Shown one piece after another: positions 26,266 through 30,457 of a DNA stretch of 30,457 bases. Origin of the DNA: a virus. Its lineage: Duplodnaviria; Caudoviricetes. Made by a program: the position numbers and the translations under genes. A model generated the notes under the pieces. It ran no database searches and was not told where the DNA came from. It saw nothing but the letters and a program-made list of their open reading frames with translations. The stretch lies in the IMG/VR virus record IMGVR_UViG_3300027843_000012, positions 1-30,457 of that record. The stretch is one strand, 5' to 3'. Positions within the stretch are counted from its first letter, which is position 1, and each line of letters opens with the position of its first letter.

Positions 26266-26296
26266 GGTATTAACACAAGGAAAGGTGGAATGAAAA

Positions 26297-26473
26297 ATGA
26301 ATAAGAAAGAATTAGAAATGGAGTTATTGAATTTGCTTAACACTACCAACTTGAAGAATACAAAACAAATTGTTAGACAATATAATACAAACAAAACAAC
26401 TTTAACAAGAGCGATTGAATTAACAAAAAAACTAATAAGTGATGGAAGATTATCAATGAAAGAGGTGAAATAA
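26297..26473 (+). CDS. First early gene, 58 aa, possible HTH protein
   Basis: Not in the track. MNKKELEMELLNLLNTTNLKNTKQIVRQYNTNKTTLTRAIELTKKLISDGRLSMKEVK; AAAGGTGG RBS. Confidence 0.6.
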   Translation: MNKKELEMELLNLLNTTNLKNTKQIVRQYNTNKTTLTRAIELTKKLISDGRLSMKEVK

Positions 26474-26640
26474 TATGAAACAAACAATGATTTTAGAAAT
26501 AATTTATGTATCTCCTGCTTCAAAAACAGAGGTTAAAAAAAATGAAAAAGGAACATTAGAAGAACTAATAAAAATTATAAAAAAATATTCAGTTTATCAA
26601 ATTATTAAACTAGAAATGAAAGAGGTGAAATAATATGAAA
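26455..26640 (+). repeat. 26-bp perfect direct repeat AATGAAAGAGGTGAAATAATATGAAA at 26455-26480 and 26615-26640
   Basis: Two identical copies 160 bp apart, each spanning RBS, stop and next start. Confidence 0.9.
26475..26633 (+). CDS. Hypothetical protein, 52 aa
   Basis: Not in the track. MKQTMILEIIYVSPASK...LEMKEVK; GAGGTG RBS. Confidence 0.65.
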   Translation: MKQTMILEIIYVSPASKTEVKKNEKGTLEELIKIIKKYSVYQIIKLEMKEVK

Positions 26641-26832
26641 TTAAAAAAAGGAATTAGAAAAACAATATTACTTGCAAGTGTATCACTTATACTACACGAC
26701 TTCTATAAGATAGGAATAGAACCATTTATAACAGGTTATACAACGAGTTTTACTTGGTTAGGTCTTATTACATTAGTAATTGCATTTGGTCTTGCAGAAT
26801 GGTCTTATGATAGTTTGAAAGGTGGTAAGTAA
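26635..26832 (+). CDS. Small two-TM membrane protein
   Basis: Two hydrophobic stretches; GAGGTG RBS. Confidence 0.7.
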   Translation: MKLKKGIRKTILLASVSLILHDFYKIGIEPFITGYTTSFTWLGLITLVIAFGLAEWSYDSLKGGK

Positions 26833-26833
26833 T

Positions 26834-27007
26834 ATGAAAAAATATTTCATTATACATTCTCCTGCATATAAACATTATCAACCAGAAGAAAAATACGATA
26901 TATGTTTCAAAACAAAATTAGTAAGTCTGCCCGGAATTATAGTAAAAGAAAGTTTCAAAACAGAAACTCAGGCAAAAAAAAGACTTAAAGAATTAGAGAA
27001 GGAATGA
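26834..27007 (+). CDS. Hypothetical protein
   Basis: Start likely ATG 26834 after AAAGGTGG; C-terminal FKTETQAKK helix. Confidence 0.6.
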   Translation: MKKYFIIHSPAYKHYQPEEKYDICFKTKLVSLPGIIVKESFKTETQAKKRLKELEKE

Positions 27008-27279
27008 AGAATAATATGAAAAATTTAAATATAACAAAAGATGATATTACAAGAGTATTAGAAAGTGAGTTGGGAGATATGAGTTCAAGAGATTTAGAAA
27101 AATTAGTTAGAGATTATTTAAATGGAAATGTGAGAAAAGAAGAACTTATGAAAGCATTTGATTTAGTTGAATGCCCTATATGCGGAAATATTGAATTAGA
27201 AGAAGATACTGAATATCATACTTGGGACATAGGCGAAGTTGAAGAGAAAATATGTCAAGGTTGTAGAGAAGATGAATAA
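27004..27279 (+). CDS. Zinc-ribbon protein
   Basis: CPIC...CQGC pairs; ATGA overlap with the upstream gene. Confidence 0.65.
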   Translation: MKNNMKNLNITKDDITRVLESELGDMSSRDLEKLVRDYLNGNVRKEELMKAFDLVECPICGNIELEEDTEYHTWDIGEVEEKICQGCREDE

Positions 27280-27436
27280 AGTAGATTGGGAAAAGAAAGT
27301 TCCAAAGTCTAGTCTTACAAACAAAGAGTGGTATGAAATATTTATCACTCTCCGTAAGATAGGAATTAAACACGATGAACTAGAATTGTTAACAGTTGCT
27401 GATAAAGTAAAGAAAGGATTAGAGGTGATTAGATGA
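27272..27436 (+). CDS. Hypothetical protein
   Basis: Start likely ATG 27272, overlapping the upstream gene end. Confidence 0.55.
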   Translation: MNKVDWEKKVPKSSLTNKEWYEIFITLRKIGIKHDELELLTVADKVKKGLEVIR

Positions 27437-27723
27437 GAAAAATATCTAAAAAGTATGTTATTAAAATGTATGAACTATTACAAACAACTAAAATGCCTTT
27501 TATATACGAAAATAATTTCCATAGTGAGGGTGACCCTTTTGGTGCATTATTTGTAATAACCGAACACTCATTCACTATTGTCGGGACAGATTGGACAGAT
27601 ACAGGTAGCGAAACATTTTATTTTAGAAGTATTGATGAGTTTTATAATATATTTAAGAAAGAAAGAATTTATAGAATTCCTTTATTACAAATGATAAAAA
27701 AAATAGAAAAAAATAAGGAGTGA
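27433..27723 (+). CDS. Hypothetical protein
   Basis: GAGGTG RBS; fits the operon packing. Confidence 0.65.
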   Translation: MRKISKKYVIKMYELLQTTKMPFIYENNFHSEGDPFGALFVITEHSFTIVGTDWTDTGSETFYFRSIDEFYNIFKKERIYRIPLLQMIKKIEKNKE

Positions 27724-27727
27724 TTAG

Positions 27728-27913
27728 ATGAGATTTATATATGAAAGTGAACATGAAGGTAGTTGCGATAACTTTAGAATAATTGAATATTTATATCTTA
27801 GGTGCCGATTAAAATATAACTCAATTGTTGAAGATACACAAGACGAAATAATGTGGCTTATAAAAGATTATAATTCATACGAAGAAATGAGGGATTATTA
27901 TGTTAAAGGTTAA
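27728..27913 (+). CDS. Hypothetical protein
   Basis: AAGGAG RBS. Confidence 0.6.
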   Translation: MRFIYESEHEGSCDNFRIIEYLYLRCRLKYNSIVEDTQDEIMWLIKDYNSYEEMRDYYVKG

Positions 27914-28196
27914 AGAGTCGGTTGGTTTAAAAGAATTGGAAAAGTTTGGATATGTTATAACTTATTATGATGGAATAATACACGCAATAAAGAGTATCAA
28001 ATTAGATTATAATAGTCACATAGATATACACATAAACAATAATAATAGTATATGGTTTAGAAAAAAAATTGAAACGATAGGTTTTTCTGCAAGTACTCAT
28101 TTATCACAAAAAGAATTTGGTTTTTTCAAAACAAGATACTATCTTAAAGATTTAATAAAAAACAAGTTAATAGAAAAGGAGAATGAAAATGAATAA
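27900..28196 (+). CDS. Hypothetical phage protein
   Basis: MLKVKESVGLKELEKFGY...LKDLIKNKLIEK; GAGG RBS. Confidence 0.65.
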   Translation: MLKVKESVGLKELEKFGYVITYYDGIIHAIKSIKLDYNSHIDIHINNNNSIWFRKKIETIGFSASTHLSQKEFGFFKTRYYLKDLIKNKLIEKENENE

Positions 28197-28374
28197 AGAA
28201 TACATGTTAGAACAAATAAACAAGTTAAAGGTTTACACAGAAAATAGTTGTACTGTAACACCAAACAATACTTACCGCTACTCATTTGAAACAATTAGTA
28301 AGACCGAAGTAATTAAATTGATTGAAGAATTAGATGTCAAAGTAGATTACATAAATAAGAAAGAAGGTAAGTAA
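28183..28374 (+). CDS. Hypothetical protein
   Basis: AAGGAG RBS (start may be the second ATG). Ends ...INKKEGK like 28540-28932. Confidence 0.6.
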   Translation: MKMNKEYMLEQINKLKVYTENSCTVTPNNTYRYSFETISKTEVIKLIEELDVKVDYINKKEGK

Positions 28375-28529
28375 TGACTGCTAAAGAAATGTTTGAAGAA
28401 TTAAATTTTAAATATGAATTTAACGAAAACTCAGAACAAATATGTATATACAACGAAGATAATGATAAATGGTTATGGGTTTATCTAGACAGAAAAACAT
28501 TTTATTTTTACGATGATTATATAGAATAG
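28374..28529 (+). CDS. Hypothetical protein, 51 aa (MTAKEMFEEL...)
   Basis: Not in the track; TAATG coupling to the upstream gene. Confidence 0.6.
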   Translation: MTAKEMFEELNFKYEFNENSEQICIYNEDNDKWLWVYLDRKTFYFYDDYIE

Positions 28530-28539
28530 GAGAATAGAT

Positions 28540-28932
28540 ATGAATAAAATGATAAGTTTTAGAGATTTAATAGATTTAGAACCTAAACCAAAGCAAGTTA
28601 AGTATGCTGGAGATATGTATACATATAATAAAAAAGAAAACCGATACGAAACAACATACAAATATTTAACAAACATTATTCTTGTTAGCAATACAATAAA
28701 ACCAAACATAGAAATAATAGAAGAAGATTTATGTGAGAAATGTGGCAAAGGACAAAAAGAGTTCTTGTCTGATTATCCTAATTTGTGTTATCAATGTGCT
28801 AAAGAATTTTATAAAGTAGAAGATGTCGTGATTGAACCTATTGATTTAAAAGGAAATAGATTATATGACCCAACAATAGTAAACAAAATAAACGAAATAA
28901 TCACACACATAAACAAGAAAGAAGGTAAGTAA
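28540..28932 (+). CDS. Hypothetical protein with inserted zinc ribbon; paralog of 29187-29519
   Basis: CEKC...CYQC; N-terminus nearly identical to the paralog. Confidence 0.7.
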   Translation: MNKMISFRDLIDLEPKPKQVKYAGDMYTYNKKENRYETTYKYLTNIILVSNTIKPNIEIIEEDLCEKCGKGQKEFLSDYPNLCYQCAKEFYKVEDVVIEPIDLKGNRLYDPTIVNKINEIITHINKKEGK

Positions 28933-28933
28933 T

Positions 28934-29086
28934 ATGTTAGTATATGTTATAATGCGACATTTTCCATATGAAATTCCAGAAGTGGTGAAAGTAGTTAAAA
29001 CAGAGAATGAAGCAATAAAATATTGCAATGAACATCAATATGAAGACAAGCAAAATTATATGTTTGTTATAACGGTGTTGGAATGA
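28934..29086 (+). CDS. Hypothetical protein, 50 aa
   Basis: Not in the track. MLVYVIMRHFPYEIPEVVKVVKTENEAIKYCNE...; AAGG RBS. Confidence 0.6.
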   Translation: MLVYVIMRHFPYEIPEVVKVVKTENEAIKYCNEHQYEDKQNYMFVITVLE

Positions 29087-29190
29087 TAACTAAAATATAC
29101 AACTACATATTCCCTATATGTTATATACACGATAGTTTGAATAGATTTATTTGTAAAAAAAGAATGTGGAGATGGAGGATAAATAGATGA
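29083..29190 (+). CDS. Possible 35-aa basic peptide
   Basis: Exactly fills the gap with ATGA overlaps at both ends; weak RBS. Confidence 0.35.
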   Translation: MITKIYNYIFPICYIHDSLNRFICKKRMWRWRINR

Positions 29191-29519
29191 GTAAAATGAT
29201 AAGTTTTCGAGAACTAATAGATTTAGAACCTAAACCAAAGAAAGTAATTTATAATAATGAACCTTATAAATATAATGGAGAAGAATATATTAGAAGTGTT
29301 GGTTATAATTTTGAACCATTATTAGAAAGTTTAAAAACAATTCATATGAGTGTTCATAACATAGAAATAATAGAAGAAGATAAACCTTTGATTGAACCAT
29401 TGACAGATACTGCTTATAGTGATGAAACTTTTGGTTATAATTGGGATAAGAAAGAAACAATATTAAAAAATAAACTAAACGAAATAATAGACTACATAAA
29501 TAGTAAAGGAGATAAATAG
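29187..29519 (+). CDS. Hypothetical protein; paralog of 28540-28932
   Basis: GGAGG RBS; shared MISFRxLIDLEPKPK, NIEIIEED and NEII..IN motifs. Confidence 0.7.
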   Translation: MSKMISFRELIDLEPKPKKVIYNNEPYKYNGEEYIRSVGYNFEPLLESLKTIHMSVHNIEIIEEDKPLIEPLTDTAYSDETFGYNWDKKETILKNKLNEIIDYINSKGDK

Positions 29520-29696
29520 ATGGAAAAAAGGGATATATTTTTAATAATAGTATTTTTAGTGGTAATAATTGAAATATATTTTTCTATTAAGATTATGTTT
29601 AAAACTGATACTTGCAAAACAATAACAGGATACGAAACAAGAAATTGCACGATTTACAGCGATGGAACTGAAGATTGTGAGATAGAAAGAGGTTGA
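29520..29696 (+). CDS. Small membrane-anchored protein, 58 aa
   Basis: Not in the track. MEKRDIFLIIVFLVVIIEIYFSIKIMF...; AAGGAG RBS. Confidence 0.6.
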   Translation: MEKRDIFLIIVFLVVIIEIYFSIKIMFKTDTCKTITGYETRNCTIYSDGTEDCEIERG

Positions 29697-29699
29697 AAT

Positions 29700-30026
29700 A
29701 TGGGTTGTTGGACAAATGTTCATTTGAACGATAATTGTAAGATGGGAGAGTATTTAATTGGTAGCGGGGAACTAGATAGATTAAGTGAAAAGTGGGTTGA
29801 TAGTTATGAAATGTTTGATGAGTGCTTACAACCAGTAGCTGAAAAATACAATTTACTTCAAGATAGTTTTACAGGATACGACTTCTTATTTCCTAAGGAT
29901 ATTTTGATAAAAGAAAGAGAAAATATAAAATTCACATGGGAAACTAAACCTGATTGGATTGATGGAGTAATAGAATATATGAATAAATACAATCTATATG
30001 ATATTTGGTTGGGAATAGATTTTTAA
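29700..30026 (+). CDS. Hypothetical acidic protein
   Basis: GAGGT RBS; 108 aa. Confidence 0.65.
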   Translation: MGCWTNVHLNDNCKMGEYLIGSGELDRLSEKWVDSYEMFDECLQPVAEKYNLLQDSFTGYDFLFPKDILIKERENIKFTWETKPDWIDGVIEYMNKYNLYDIWLGIDF

Positions 30027-30050
30027 AAATATTTAGAAAGAGGTTAATAC

Positions 30051-30206
30051 ATGCACTTGAAAATAGGGGAATACATAGAAAAATATAAAACTAAAAAAGA
30101 AGCAAAAAGAGAATACAAAAATTACAAGTTAATGGGATATGAGGTGGAATATGTTAGTTCTAAAATGGCACACAAACAATCGTTATTATCAAAACAGAAT
30201 AGATAA
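30051..30206 (+). CDS. Hypothetical protein, 51 aa
   Basis: Not in the track; GAGGT RBS; YKTKKEAK motif. Confidence 0.5.
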   Translation: MHLKIGEYIEKYKTKKEAKREYKNYKLMGYEVEYVSSKMAHKQSLLSKQNR

Positions 30207-30318
30207 TGAGTTAATACATACTACACAATTAAAGTCGGAGGCAAAGCACTTTAAGAATGCAAGAGTGTTAAAAGGTCGTTTAAGAGATAAAACAAAGTGG
30301 GTGAGGGAATATGTATAA
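30151..30318 (+). CDS. Hypothetical protein, 55 aa
   Basis: Not in the track; GAGGTGG RBS; overlaps the upstream ORF by 56 nt. Confidence 0.5.
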   Translation: MLVLKWHTNNRYYQNRIDNELIHTTQLKSEAKHFKNARVLKGRLRDKTKWVREYV

Positions 30319-30457
30319 GATTTATAATAAAGTTCCTAGGAATGCCACTTATGGAAGTCTAGCAATAAAGTTAGGTATGCCAAGAGAAACAATATCACGA
30401 ATATTGAATGGAAGTCAGTATTGTAGTAAACCTTATGCTCTTGCTATATGTAGTGTT
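30311..30457 (+). CDS. Cro/XRE-family HTH protein (runs off the window)
   Basis: MYKIYNKVPRNATYGSLAIKLGMPRETISRILNGSQYCSKPYALAICSV...; LA..LG..RETISRILNG HTH signature. Confidence 0.75.
   Translation, partial: MYKIYNKVPRNATYGSLAIKLGMPRETISRILNGSQYCSKPYALAICSV

Larger units (their letters stand above)
28349..28933 (+). repeat. 27-bp direct repeat ACATAAAYAAGAAAGAAGGTAAGTAAT at 28349-28375 and 28907-28933
   Basis: One mismatch; covers gene end, RBS, stop and start. The 13-nt core GGTAAGTAATATG of the second copy also occurs at 26824-26836. Confidence 0.85.

Noticed and set aside
26001-28748. ORFs 26001-26186, 26065-26262, 26248-26523(-), 27176-27373(-), 28485-28748(-)
   Set aside because: They overlap promoters or lie antisense to RBS-supported genes.
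26455-29240. CRISPR array or integron attC sites
   Set aside because: The repeats occur only in pairs, are not palindromic, are irregularly spaced and coincide with RBS/stop/start junctions. No cas or integrase gene in the window.
1-30457. Stop-codon reassignment or a Mollicutes (code 4) host
   Set aside because: Long genes are intact in code 11, TAG and TGA both end genes at tight junctions, and a peptidoglycan hydrolase is present.

Overview
AT-rich fragment of a tailed dsDNA phage genome with a podovirus/P22-like virion module, standard genetic code and GGAGG-type RBSs, so probably infecting a low-GC walled Bacillota host (inference). A divergent sigma-A-type promoter region at ~26135-26296 splits the window. 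Leftward (- strand) is one long operon: HTH-metallophosphoesterase, HNH nuclease, an ~890-nt intergenic region, TerS, TerL, portal, holin plus M15 endolysin, scaffold, major capsid, a three-gene glycosylation cassette, adaptor, LamG tail fibre, nozzle, small tail proteins, and ejection proteins. The last of these is a >1600-aa polyvalent protein (metallopeptidase plus ADP-ribosyltransferase) that the ORF track missed because it runs off the window. Rightward (+ strand) is an array of tiny early genes joined by repeated stop/RBS/start junctions. Most notable: (1) the intergenic region upstream of terS reads as a large, multi-pseudoknotted minus-strand RNA containing a tRNA-like element whose anticodon arm is replaced by a branched domain; (2) an NDP-sugar dehydratase, a GT-A protein and a GT2/GT4 fusion sit between the capsid and adaptor genes, suggesting virion glycosylation with a phage-made sugar; (3) the injected polyvalent effector. 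All calls come from reading motifs by eye; no searches were run.
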